64,000 nt of DNA from Thainema sp. (lineage in GTDB: Bacteria; Cyanobacteriota; Cyanobacteriia; Phormidesmidales; Phormidesmidaceae): NCBI GenBank assembly GCA_052168235.1, contig JBQLZK010000003.1, forward strand, positions 128,001 to 192,000. Reading direction: 5' to 3'. Shown here one piece after another: positions 8,930 through 18,939 of the stretch (position 1 is the stretch's first letter; each line of letters starts with the position of its first letter). Under the pieces are notes generated by a model, which saw only the letters and a program-made list of their open reading frames with translations, did no database searches and was not told the origin of the DNA. The position numbers and the translations under genes are program-made.

Positions 8930-9205
8930 TATCCAAGTCCGCGTATAGGAACCCAGCTTATTTTTTCTGACGCGCTTGCTTCGCAAGGTACTTGTTTAGC
9001 GAAACACTCTGATAAATCCCCCTAAATCCCCCTTAAAAAGGGGGACTTTGAGCTAGCGGTGGTATAGCCCCTTTTTCCTACGCGAAGCCATGCCCGAAGG
9101 GCTATAGGGGGCGGCGACAGCGGGGGATCGTACAACTACGCTAAACACATACTTCGCAAGCGCTTCAGGAAAAATAAACTATGGGCTTTCAACCGAACCG
9201 CATAT
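8929..9205. mobile_element. Nested miniature palindromic elements (MITE-like) with 9-bp target duplication
   Basis: Outer element related to 40622-40724; insert 8988-9151 flanked by cttcgcaag direct repeats (8979-8987 and 9152-9160). Confidence 0.75.
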
Positions 9206-9235
9206 AAGTCATTCAGCTATATACACCATTCAAAG

Positions 9236-9269
9236 AAAACGGGAGCCGTGTCTACGGCTCCCGTTTTTT
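9236..9269 (+). terminator. Intrinsic terminator after the zds-cyclase operon
   Basis: aaaacgggagccgt-gtct-acggctcccgtttttt. Confidence 0.8.
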
Positions 9270-9431
9270 GGCTTTTCTAACACCCTATTCCATGAATGTT
9301 ATTCATAACATCTATGCACTATACATTTTGATCTGTATCAACGGTCACAATACGCTGGAGATAAGCAGAGGTTACACCTTAAACATCTTGAACAAAACGA
9401 AGGATGTAGCCCAATCAAGGAGGTACGAAAC

Positions 9432-9719
9432 ATGTCATTCAATTCCAAAGCTCTCAACTGGCGTCCGAGCCATGACCGCTCAAACTCCCCAGCGACCATT
9501 ACTCGCCCCACTCTATTTGATCATCTACGTATGACGTGGGAAAGCTGGAAACATGGTTTGTCTGCTAGCGGCGAACCCCACATTTGGCAAACCCGCGATC
9601 GCAACGGCAACGTTCTCTGGAACGCGTATGATCCAGTTAGCGATCGCAGTTTGTACTACGCATCGGAGGCAGAAGTTCGGATTTGGCTGGAAAACCGCTA
9701 CTCCTATCCTACCGCTTAA
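9432..9719 (+). CDS. Small conserved hypothetical protein
   Basis: AAGGAGG RBS; EPHIWQTRDRNGNVLWNAYDP...SEAEVRIWLENRY. Confidence 0.8.
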   Translation: MSFNSKALNWRPSHDRSNSPATITRPTLFDHLRMTWESWKHGLSASGEPHIWQTRDRNGNVLWNAYDPVSDRSLYYASEAEVRIWLENRYSYPTA

Positions 9720-9816
9720 CAACGTGAGCAGGTGTGCGGAGATTGCTGTTTAATTCAGTCAACCTATTCCGGACAAGCACCATGAATCTAACTTCACATT
9801 TAACGATTACTGGTTC

Positions 9817-9853
9817 AAAAAAACAGAGCCGCGCAGTGCGCGGCTCTGTTTTT
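9817..9853. terminator. Bidirectional terminator
   Basis: aaaaaaacagagccgcgc-agt-gcgcggctctgttttt between convergent genes. Confidence 0.8.
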
Positions 9854-9864
9854 GCCATCAATTC

Positions 9865-12800
9865 TCAGTCCTGATCACGCAACTCCATACTCGTTTGCAC
9901 ACCTAGCAGATGCTGTTCCCCGTAGTTGAGCAAATTATCCAGCGTGATCAGCCGATGTTCCCAGGCGCGTACCCGATAGCGGCTGCTCACTGACTGAACA
10001 TAAACCTGTCCCCGTAGCCGCTGACGAAACTGATTTAACCGCGATCGCGCTTGATTCAAGTGGGAAGCTGAGGGAGATGCAGCCAGCTTAGTCAGCGCTT
10101 CGTCTAGCTCCTGAGCTGACCGAACCCACTGCTCAGATGCGCCACCCTGCACCCACATTTGGCGGTTTTCCAGTAACCAGTTCCACTCCCGCAGCAGGGC
10201 CTGATAACGAGCCGAGGCCGCTTCAAACGGTTGACGATAGGGAATTGGCTCGTCCGCAACGGACTCACCACCCTGAGTCTGATCAAAAATTTCCTGGAGT
10301 TCAGGATTGAGGTTTTCAACCGCAAACAGCGCGTATCCGCCCGTCGGCAAATCGCGCAGGAACTGAATTTGATCCAGCGCCACTTCATTAGGCATGTCGA
10401 GCAGCCTAATCCCTGGCAGAATCAGCGTTGAATCAAACCGATTTTCCATCAGCCAGGGCCGCGTTACTCGCTCTAGCTGATCGGTGTTTTGCACATAGCT
10501 CATCAAAACGACCAGATCAACATCACCCTCCTCAGCCCAAGCTTCCCAGTGCTGCTGCAGCTTCTGCAAGCGCTCATGTTCGGAGTGAGGGAAAACGGCG
10601 ACGGATAGGTTCAGATCGGGATACTGGCGCTCCAGCAGGTTCGAAACTTCGCCGACGAATGAGCTAACTTGTTCAGTCCGGAAGTCCGTCCAGGCTTGCC
10701 ACAGCCGCCGCTGCTGCTGCCGTTCGGCAGGTGAATGCTCGGGATTGTCACGCGGCGAAAGCTGGAGTGGATCAACTCCAGTACGCTGATAGAACTGCTG
10801 GCGGGCGGCAAGACCGTAACCGTAGGTGCGACCCGCGCTGGGATCTTGGAACGGATAGCGAATATAGTCAAGCTGAATACCGTCTACGTCATAGCGGCTG
10901 GCAATCTCGTCCACCATACGTAAGAGGTAACTGCGGACCTCTGGATTGGCCGGATCCAGGAAGGGCTTGTTTTGGCCCAGCGGGATCATCTCGCCGCGAT
11001 TGTCGTAGTTGGCCCAGTCACGATGAGCGGCAATTAGCGGACCAGGATAGCTGTCAGGCTGATTCAGAATGCGGTTATGGGCCTGGTTGCCTGCTGCAAA
11101 CGTCCACATCCAGGCGTGAATCGCCATGCCGCGCTCATGAGCCAGTTCCACCGCAGCTTCTAGCGGATCCCAGTGACGCGTGAGTGGATTCTGCTCCGGT
11201 GCCACGCGGCTGGGATAGATCGGATAGCCTGCATTGACGGTTTCAAAGAAAACGGTGTTGATGCCCGCCGCGGCCAGTCGGTCAAACACCCGCTCTAGTC
11301 CTCGGGGCGATCCTGCCGCCACAATTGTGCCCCGATCAAGCCACATGGCGCGGATTTCAGGCTGGGCAAAGCGATTGTCAACCGGAAAATCACTCCAGAG
11401 CGCATCCCGTACCGCCAACCAGCGAGATCGCACTTCTTCGTACTGGCGCTGTTCGATCAAGCCGTTCCAATCATTGAGTAGCGACTCGGCCTGCTGGAGG
11501 GCAGGGGGAAGTGCGATCGCAGGTTGATCCAGTCCAGCACCTTCACTGCTAGCGGTCAAAATCGGTGCGGCACTAGCTTGTAGGCTGGTATCGGCATCTT
11601 GCGATCGCGCAGCAAATAGGGCGCTTTCATAGCGACCGACTAGGCTTTCCAGTTCCTGACGCATGGTGAGTGCATCATAGGTATTGATCGGCAGCGCACT
11701 CGGGGTCACGTTTAAGCCCGGTGGCACCATCTGTTCGGCTGGGTCATTGGGTTCCCGCAGGCTGGGCAGCTGCTCGGTGGGCCGAATCCAAAAGCGGGAT
11801 GACGGGGATGGACTGGCCGCACTGGTCGTAGATGGCGTAGCAGGTGTCGCTGCATCTCTCGCCGCTAGACCCACTCGGTTGGACGCAGGTGCAGACGGGG
11901 TAGAAGACGGACTAGAGGAAGCCGTATCGGGTTCCACCAGCGGCGTCAATCGATAGCTGGATGGCAGGTCGGTTGACGTACGGCGCGACGTTTGATCGGT
12001 GGGTGGGTTAGATTCAGATACCGCATCTCCGGCTAGCGCTACAGGCGCTTCGGATCTGGCTGATGGACGCGGTGCCTGAGCCGTTTGATTCGGTGCTGGA
12101 TTAGACGGAGCTGATTGAGCAGATGTTGAGGAAGCAGAATCAGCTGGAGCCGCCACTCTGGGCGTGTTTTGATAATAAGACAGAGCAGCTTGCAGCCACT
12201 GACTATCAAACTGGGCCGATTGGGACGACCCCATGCCCCAGCGCCAGCCCAGCAGAGTTGCCCGCTCATTCGAAATCACCGCTGCGGCCTGCTCATTACT
12301 GAACAACTCCATCTCCGACTGCTGAATATTGGCTGCTGCACTGCGCCAGGTGACGACAACGTTGCTCATGGAATGGGTCGGCAGCAGCACTCCGCCCCAT
12401 ACTTCCTCACTGGTGTTGCCGTCCTGTACCCAGCGGTAGGAGGGATTGGGCACGGTTTGCAGATTGGCGGGTTGGGCCAGGGGAAACGCCCAGTATGCGC
12501 CCAGAAGCGATCGCAGTTGCTGACGCACTTGCGTTTCGGCCAAATTCCCGACTGGGCCACTAGCAATGATGCGTCCGCCCCGATTCACCCAGGCTTCCAG
12601 CACCGTTACCTGCCCGGCTGAAATTGCTTCTACGCTGGGAATAAAGAGCACATTGACATTGGCCAGATCAGCCACCGAGCGAATTTGGCCCAGTTCAACT
12701 TCCTGAAAGGTAATACCAGCAGCCTGAATGCGACTGGTGATGTTTGACCACTGGGCCTGATTATCCGGGCTGCGTACAACCCCTAAAACCAACTGCTCCG

Positions 12801-13011
12801 TGCCCGGATTCGCTGAGGCCACTTCCGTCTGCGCCTGGGCAGCGGGTAAACCGCGATCGCAGGTGTATCCCACCAGCGTCAGCAGTAATGCAGCAAACAG
12901 CAGCCGTCCTGTGCCTTGAGTCATCAGGCGATATACCAACCGAGTCATGAACGGTGCCGTGAATGATGCCATAAACGGTTTAGCGTGGCGCAAATGCTGG
13001 ACTAGTCTCAC
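9865..13011 (-). CDS. Glycoside hydrolase-like family 10 (GHL10/DUF187) protein, secreted, with Ser/Pro-rich linker; start uncertain
   Basis: EIRAMWLDRG, GINTVFFETVNAGYPIYPS, FLDPANPEVR, YDVDGIQLDYIRYP. Confidence 0.88.
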   Translation of the reverse strand: MRLVQHLRHAKPFMASFTAPFMTRLVYRLMTQGTGRLLFAALLLTLVGYTCDRGLPAAQAQTEVASANPGTEQLVLGVVRSPDNQAQWSNITSRIQAAGITFQEVELGQIRSVADLANVNVLFIPSVEAISAGQVTVLEAWVNRGGRIIASGPVGNLAETQVRQQLRSLLGAYWAFPLAQPANLQTVPNPSYRWVQDGNTSEEVWGGVLLPTHSMSNVVVTWRSAAANIQQSEMELFSNEQAAAVISNERATLLGWRWGMGSSQSAQFDSQWLQAALSYYQNTPRVAAPADSASSTSAQSAPSNPAPNQTAQAPRPSARSEAPVALAGDAVSESNPPTDQTSRRTSTDLPSSYRLTPLVEPDTASSSPSSTPSAPASNRVGLAARDAATPATPSTTSAASPSPSSRFWIRPTEQLPSLREPNDPAEQMVPPGLNVTPSALPINTYDALTMRQELESLVGRYESALFAARSQDADTSLQASAAPILTASSEGAGLDQPAIALPPALQQAESLLNDWNGLIEQRQYEEVRSRWLAVRDALWSDFPVDNRFAQPEIRAMWLDRGTIVAAGSPRGLERVFDRLAAAGINTVFFETVNAGYPIYPSRVAPEQNPLTRHWDPLEAAVELAHERGMAIHAWMWTFAAGNQAHNRILNQPDSYPGPLIAAHRDWANYDNRGEMIPLGQNKPFLDPANPEVRSYLLRMVDEIASRYDVDGIQLDYIRYPFQDPSAGRTYGYGLAARQQFYQRTGVDPLQLSPRDNPEHSPAERQQQRRLWQAWTDFRTEQVSSFVGEVSNLLERQYPDLNLSVAVFPHSEHERLQKLQQHWEAWAEEGDVDLVVLMSYVQNTDQLERVTRPWLMENRFDSTLILPGIRLLDMPNEVALDQIQFLRDLPTGGYALFAVENLNPELQEIFDQTQGGESVADEPIPYRQPFEAASARYQALLREWNWLLENRQMWVQGGASEQWVRSAQELDEALTKLAASPSASHLNQARSRLNQFRQRLRGQVYVQSVSSRYRVRAWEHRLITLDNLLNYGEQHLLGVQTSMELRDQD

Positions 13012-13323
13012 GATTTCAGACCTTATTCGACGACGATACCTTGAGAACCTAATTGAAAATCTACAGGGTTAGCATGCCCAATTATTCTGTAGCTTCAACG
13101 AATTTCTACAAAGAGATTGCAAATAAACCGTGAAATTACGATGAGTTTGGGCATTTCATTACCAGATCACAACTATTCAATCAAAACAGCTTGATCAGCC
13201 AACGGGTTCTATCACTCAGGAATTGGGCTGATGCAGATGAGTCTTGCCCAGTCAGGTTAAAAACTCACCGTTCTTTTTGAAAGCTCACTGCATAAAGCTT
13301 TTCTAAAAAAGAATTGAGTTTCT

Positions 13324-13375
13324 CTACAAAACAATTTCCAACCCCAAAAACTTTATTTCCAATAAAGTTTATTGA
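13324..13375. repeat. Right half of the miniature element found intact at 48669-48764
   Basis: ctacaaaacaatttccaacccc(a/g)aaaactttatttccaataaa is shared. Confidence 0.8.
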
Positions 13376-13520
13376 CTGGGTACAGGATTCAGGAAAACGG
13401 TGAGATTTTGTGGCGGCAGATGGGCACTCCAACGCAAATCATGACACCGATTGGTGACACGCTACAAGGTTGCGATCGCAGATTTTGATGAAAATTGGGT
13501 GAAGACCACAGCAAATCCAC

Positions 13521-14183
13521 TTAAATCAGGCCAATTAGCTCTAGCCAATCGGCAATCCCGTTCAGAATCAACTGCACACCAATCGCCATAATGAACAGAC
13601 CCAAAATGCGGCTGAGAGCACTGATGCCCCGTTCGCCCAGCAGTTTCAGCAGCAGAGTCGAAGAGCGCAGCGATAGGTAAATCAGTAAGCCTAAAACTGC
13701 GATCGCGGCTCCGGCTGCGGCCAAGTTGATGAATGTCCCGGTAGATAAGTCTCGTCCGGCTTGAGCGGCTAAGCCCAGCGTTACTGCGATTGAACCAGGG
13801 CCAGCCAGCATCGGAATCGTCATCGGAATCAGCGCAATGTCTTCGTGATGCTCTAACTGCTGAATCGCGCCTCGATTTTCCCGTCTGGAGATTTTGGGCT
13901 GAGCATTCATCGTTTGCCAAGCCGCATTGAAGACAACAATGCCCCCAGCAATCCGCACCACCTCCAGCGAAATGCCAAAAAACCGCAAAATGCCGCCACC
14001 CACCAGCAAAAACAGCAGCAGGACAGCCATCACATTCAGCGCCACTCGTCCCGCTAATTGACGGCGCACAGTCGGCGACGCATCGGGCGTCACAACCAGA
14101 AAAATGGGCGCTCCGCCAATCGGATCAACGACCGGAATCAGCGCCAGTAGGCTACCAACCGCAAACTCAAAAAACTGCTGCAT
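13521..14183 (-). CDS. MarC family membrane protein
   Basis: DPIGGAPIF, FFGISLEVVRIAGGI, IALIPMTIPMLAGPGSI; hydrophobic throughout. Confidence 0.93.
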   Translation of the reverse strand: MQQFFEFAVGSLLALIPVVDPIGGAPIFLVVTPDASPTVRRQLAGRVALNVMAVLLLFLLVGGGILRFFGISLEVVRIAGGIVVFNAAWQTMNAQPKISRRENRGAIQQLEHHEDIALIPMTIPMLAGPGSIAVTLGLAAQAGRDLSTGTFINLAAAGAAIAVLGLLIYLSLRSSTLLLKLLGERGISALSRILGLFIMAIGVQLILNGIADWLELIGLI

Positions 14184-14301
14184 GGAAATTGCTCAGTATC
14201 GCCAAATCTCGATCAATGTTAACGACAGCAAAATAAGACAGATTGCCTTCCCGCCTGAATCCGCCACAATAGTAGAGTATGGTTCTCCATGATGAGCGTT
14301 T

Positions 14302-15456
14302 ATGTCTATTGCTACCGTTGATCAGATTCTTAGCCGATCCCTAGCGGGTAAAGATATTTCAGTCGAGGATGGGGTGGTGCTGCTAAGCCAAACTGATCCA
14401 AGTGCGATCGCAGCCATTCGAGCGGCGGCGGATCAGCTCCGGCAACAGCAGGCAGGCGATACTGTCACCTATGTGATCAACCGCAACATCAACTTCACCA
14501 ATATCTGCGAGCAGCACTGCAACTTCTGCGCCTTTCGGCGCGACGCAGATCAGGATGGAGCCTACTGGCTCAACGAAGCGACGATTCTGGAAAAAGCGGC
14601 AGCAGCCGTGCAGCTTGGCGCTACAGAAATTTGTATGCAGGGCGGCCTAAATCTGGAGGCCAAACTAGACGGCCAATCGCTGCCCTACTACGTTCGGCTG
14701 GTGAGAACCATTAAAGATGAATTTCCAGATCTGCATCTGCACGCCTTTTCACCCCAGGAAATTCAGTTTATTGCCCGCGAAGATGACCTCAGCTATCGCA
14801 CCGTGATTGAAGCGCTGCAAGAGGCGGGCCTTGGCTCCATGCCCGGTACTGCCGCTGAAGTGCTAGACGACTCCGTTCGCCGCATTCTCTGTCCCGAAAA
14901 AATCAACACCGCTATCTGGCTGGAAATCATCGGCCTCGCACATCAGGTTGGCTTGCCGACTACCAGCACAATGCTGTCCGGTCATATTGAAACACCCATG
15001 CAGCAAATGCAGCATTTTCAGCACCTCCGCACGCTGCAACAGCAAGCCGTTGAACGCGACTATCCAACCCAGATTACTGAATTTATTTTGCTGCCCTTCA
15101 TCGGTCAAGACGCGCCCAAGCCACTGCGAAAACGAGTCGGACGCGATCAGCCAATCCTGAGTGATGCCTTGTTACTCACGGCAGTGGCTCGTATTTTCCT
15201 GGGTAACTGGATTGCCAATCACCAGCCGAGCTGGGTCAAACTGGGCTTACACGGCGCATCCGAAGCCCTCACCTGGGGCTGCAACGACATCGGCGGCACG
15301 CTGATGGAAGAACATATCACCTCAATGGCTGGGGCACAGGGCGGCACCTGTATGACGGTAGATGAATTGAGATCTGCGATCGCAGATCTGAACCGTCCCT
15401 ATCAGCAGCGAGATACACTATATAATCCTGTTCTCACGCCCATCGCTGTTTCGTAA
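14302..15456 (+). CDS. cofH: FO synthase subunit CofH (radical SAM)
   Basis: [49 protein letters not shown]. Confidence 0.92.
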   Translation: MSIATVDQILSRSLAGKDISVEDGVVLLSQTDPSAIAAIRAAADQLRQQQAGDTVTYVINRNINFTNICEQHCNFCAFRRDADQDGAYWLNEATILEKAAAAVQLGATEICMQGGLNLEAKLDGQSLPYYVRLVRTIKDEFPDLHLHAFSPQEIQFIAREDDLSYRTVIEALQEAGLGSMPGTAAEVLDDSVRRILCPEKINTAIWLEIIGLAHQVGLPTTSTMLSGHIETPMQQMQHFQHLRTLQQQAVERDYPTQITEFILLPFIGQDAPKPLRKRVGRDQPILSDALLLTAVARIFLGNWIANHQPSWVKLGLHGASEALTWGCNDIGGTLMEEHITSMAGAQGGTCMTVDELRSAIADLNRPYQQRDTLYNPVLTPIAVS

Positions 15457-15470
15457 TCCAGACCCGATTT

Positions 15471-16691
15471 ATGCTGCCAACGGATTTGCTGAGCTATCGG
15501 CTGAGCGGTGATTCCCTAATTCCGAAAAAGCTGTCGATTTGCGATCGCAACTTAGAGATGGCGGTTGATCTGATCACCCTGTTTCAGGACTGCCAGGGCG
15601 ACACCCAGGGCAATTTAGATCGACGGTTGCAAGATTTAGAAGGTGAAGATACCGATTACCGAATTAGGCGGGGACTGGCTCACATTCTCCGCAGCAGCTT
15701 CAGCACGTTTGACATCGTTAGTCCCTTGGAACCGCAGGATCTGCGGCAGCGGGTGTTTAGCTTAGCGGCGCAGACGGTGCCGAGTATGCCCAATGCTCAA
15801 GTGCATTTGACCAAGCTAGCCGATCAGCTCAGTGTAGAGTGCGATCGCGAAGTGTCGGTCAAAGACATCCAGCACGGACTGTATGCTGACCTGCAAGAAA
15901 ACCGGATCTTGACCGAGTTTGATGCGCCGACTCCGGAAGCCTTGCTGCATCGCTACAACCTGTCGCAGGTGCAGGGTGTGTTCTACAAAGCCAGCCACAT
16001 CACGCTCAACGTCCACCGCAACGATCCGGGTGAGTACAAGCTGCTGTTTCGCTATCTCAAGTTTTTTCGGCTGATGACCTATATTGAGGGCGATGCCGAT
16101 CAGGGCTTTACGATTACGATTGACGGCCCCACTAGTTTATTCAAAGCCAGCACCCGCTACGGATTGGATATTGCTAAGCTGCTGCCTGCCTTGCTACACG
16201 TGACGCGCTGGAGTCTGCGGGCGACGCTACAGGTGAAGGATTCCTACAGTAAAACGCCGAAGCGCAAGCAGTTTATGCTGGATTCCGAACGCTGTGACTT
16301 GGTGACGCACTATCCGCCGGGTAAGCCCTACGACAGCATGCTAGAGGAGTCGTTTGCCAACCGCTGGGATCAGCTCAGCAGCGACTGGCGGCTGGAACGC
16401 GAGGTGGATCTCATCCCGATTCCCGGCAGCGTGATGATTCCCGATTTCCGGCTGGTGCACGAGGATGGCCGCACCTATTTGCTGGAAATTGTCGGCTACT
16501 GGCGACCGGAGTATCTGCGGAAAAAGTTCTCCCAGGTGCGACAGTCGGGCTGTCCGAATCTCATCCTGGCGGTTTCAGAGCGGCTGAATTTGGAGAAGGC
16601 CGGGGTGAATATTGCTAATACGCCTGCACGAGTCGTGTGGTTCAAAAACAAGCTCGCACCTAAAGATGTTCTTAAAATCTTGGAGAATTAA
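15471..16691 (+). CDS. DUF790 family protein (Bax1-like nuclease)
   Basis: LYADL, RYNLSQVQG, IDGPTSLF, YDSMLEESF, MIPDF..LLEIVGYWRPEYL. Confidence 0.88.
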   Translation: MLPTDLLSYRLSGDSLIPKKLSICDRNLEMAVDLITLFQDCQGDTQGNLDRRLQDLEGEDTDYRIRRGLAHILRSSFSTFDIVSPLEPQDLRQRVFSLAAQTVPSMPNAQVHLTKLADQLSVECDREVSVKDIQHGLYADLQENRILTEFDAPTPEALLHRYNLSQVQGVFYKASHITLNVHRNDPGEYKLLFRYLKFFRLMTYIEGDADQGFTITIDGPTSLFKASTRYGLDIAKLLPALLHVTRWSLRATLQVKDSYSKTPKRKQFMLDSERCDLVTHYPPGKPYDSMLEESFANRWDQLSSDWRLEREVDLIPIPGSVMIPDFRLVHEDGRTYLLEIVGYWRPEYLRKKFSQVRQSGCPNLILAVSERLNLEKAGVNIANTPARVVWFKNKLAPKDVLKILEN

Positions 16692-16717
16692 GCCAGTGAG
16701 ATTGCGATCGCACTGAC

Positions 16718-17044
16718 CTATTGCATGCACTTTATTTCATTACAAATCTCACTATCTGAAGCCACCGACTTTCCATGAAACGTACACCAACCAAACTCAT
16801 AAAACGAGCAATAAGCACAGGTTTCTTGAGTTACGTTTATATCTTGATGATCAGAATTATCACTAGGATTCAATGAATCTTTTGATACATCATCTGACTC
16901 AATATCAGGGTGATCTTTACCATGAATCACCCAACTTAGGAACTGGTTCCAAGGGGATGACTGAACAGATGACTGACGCTTATTCGATATTAAAATAGCT
17001 ATCGTGTTTGTGATCGAAATAGTCATCATCTTTACCTCAAGCAT
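16718..17044 (-). CDS. Hypothetical AT-rich small protein with C-terminal Cys cluster
   Basis: CAYC-x7-C-x2-H-x10-C-x4-C; hydrophobic N-terminus. Confidence 0.55.
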   Translation of the reverse strand: MLEVKMMTISITNTIAILISNKRQSSVQSSPWNQFLSWVIHGKDHPDIESDDVSKDSLNPSDNSDHQDINVTQETCAYCSFYEFGWCTFHGKSVASDSEICNEIKCMQ

Positions 17045-17555
17045 CTTTAATACAAAGTTATCAAAGCCTTGATCAAGTAAATACAGTAAATACTAGCAAA
17101 GCGTCCAAAACTGGATTTGATTACTCAATAACCATTCAGTTATAATGCGCTTCAACGTCCTCTGTCAAGCCGCTGTCAAGGTGGTCAAAAAGCAAATGAA
17201 GTTGAGCTGTTTGCCTCGTGAATTGAATTTTGGAGTCAATTCTGGCTGTATCAAACCGCTCAAAAACAAGCATTTGAAGATTAAAAGCCTCGAATATTAT
17301 CTGATCAAATTTTAAATGTTTTGGCAGGTTTGGCGGCACTTAGAATACTAAAGACTTTGTAAAAAAACGCTCAGGTTAGAGTATGGCAAATAGGCAGCAG
17401 GCTTGGCGTCTCTCTGAAGGTGTATAGATATATTTCGAAAAAGCTGCATTTCCTAAATTAGTTATCGCGTAGCACTGGGAGAGTATGGTCTGTTGCAAAG
17501 AGGCTTCCATTGCTATAGTTGCAACGTTTGCTACTGTAATGCTGAGCTGATGGCA

Positions 17556-18827
17556 ATGAAGCTTCTCTGTTTAAGTAACGGTCATGGTGAAGACATAATC
17601 GGCTTGCGGATTTTGCAAGCGCTTCAGCAACAGGCTCCCGAACTGGAGATTGCTGCGCTACCGATTGTGGGGGAAGGACTGAGTTATCAGCGGGCGGAGA
17701 TTCCCATTATCGGAGCAGTCAAACCCATGCCGTCCGGTGGCTTTATCTATATGGATGGTCGTCAACTGGCCAGAGATTTGCAGGGGGGGTTGCTGGCACT
17801 GACGAGATCGCAACTCAAAACTATCCGAGCTTGGGCCAAAGAGGGCGGCTTCATCTTAGCCGTGGGCGATATTGTGCCGCTGCTGTTTGCGTGGCTGAGT
17901 AGGGCCAACTATGCCTTTGTAGGAACAGCCAAATCAGAATATTATCTGCGGGATGAGGTGGGCTGGTTGCCGCGCGATTCTTGGGTGGCCACGCTGGAAA
18001 ACTGGTCAGGATCGGTTTATTTACCGTGGGAGCGCTGGCTCATGGGGCGCAAACGCTGTCAGGCCATTTTTCCTAGAGATTCCCTCACCAGCCACGTTTT
18101 GCAAGCCAAGTCGTTACCTGCTTATGACCTAGGCAATCCCATGATGGACGGCTTGGTTACAGCTACTAGCAAGGCTACCGATTCAGAATTGCACAATACT
18201 AACTCCACGGTCGGTACAGAGGACGCACCGCAACCGCTGACGGTTGTACTGTTACCGGGTTCGCGTCCGCCAGAAGCCTATCACAACTGGCAAACTGTTC
18301 TGACCGCTGGATCTTACGTGATGCGAGATTTAGATCGGCAGTCCGTGCGCTTTTTAGCGGCGATCGCACCTAGCCTTGATTTAGCACCACTCCGTGAACG
18401 TTTAGAGATGGAAGGCTGGCGACCGGATTCGACCGATGCTCTAACCTATATCCGAGGAGCGTCAACATTAACCATTGCCACCGATCGATACGCAGAATTT
18501 TTGCAGCAGGCGGATTTTGCGATCGCAATGGCAGGTACCGCAACAGAACAGTTTGTGGGATTGGGTAAACCAGCGCTCATTCTACCCGGAACGGGGCCGC
18601 AATTTACACCCCGCTTTGCCGAAGCCCAGACACGGCTATTGGGGCCATCTGTCACTCTGATCAAGCCGGAACAGGCGGGTCAGGTTGTACAAAACTTTTT
18701 AACTCGGCCTGATTTGCTGCAACTAGTAGCTGAAAACGGCCAGCGCCGCATGGGCGCACCCGGTGCAGCAGCTCGGATTGCGGCTTGTTTACGAGAGAAA
18801 TGTTTGGCTTTGGAGAGTAAGGCGTGA
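17556..18827 (+). CDS. Lipid-A-disaccharide synthase-related glycosyltransferase (cyanobacterial conserved)
   Basis: MKLLCLSNGHGED, MPSGGF, VGTAKSEYY, GNPMMDGL, LLPGSR, MAGTATEQFVGLGKP. Confidence 0.88.
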   Translation: MKLLCLSNGHGEDIIGLRILQALQQQAPELEIAALPIVGEGLSYQRAEIPIIGAVKPMPSGGFIYMDGRQLARDLQGGLLALTRSQLKTIRAWAKEGGFILAVGDIVPLLFAWLSRANYAFVGTAKSEYYLRDEVGWLPRDSWVATLENWSGSVYLPWERWLMGRKRCQAIFPRDSLTSHVLQAKSLPAYDLGNPMMDGLVTATSKATDSELHNTNSTVGTEDAPQPLTVVLLPGSRPPEAYHNWQTVLTAGSYVMRDLDRQSVRFLAAIAPSLDLAPLRERLEMEGWRPDSTDALTYIRGASTLTIATDRYAEFLQQADFAIAMAGTATEQFVGLGKPALILPGTGPQFTPRFAEAQTRLLGPSVTLIKPEQAGQVVQNFLTRPDLLQLVAENGQRRMGAPGAAARIAACLREKCLALESKA

Positions 18828-18939
18828 GGAGCAAGGCGTAGAAAGGTCATAAAAGACTGTAAAAAGCTGCAAAGACTCAACCCAGCACCTAGAACCCAAA
18901 ACCTAATATTTAGCACTCAGCACCCAGCCCCCCAATTAG

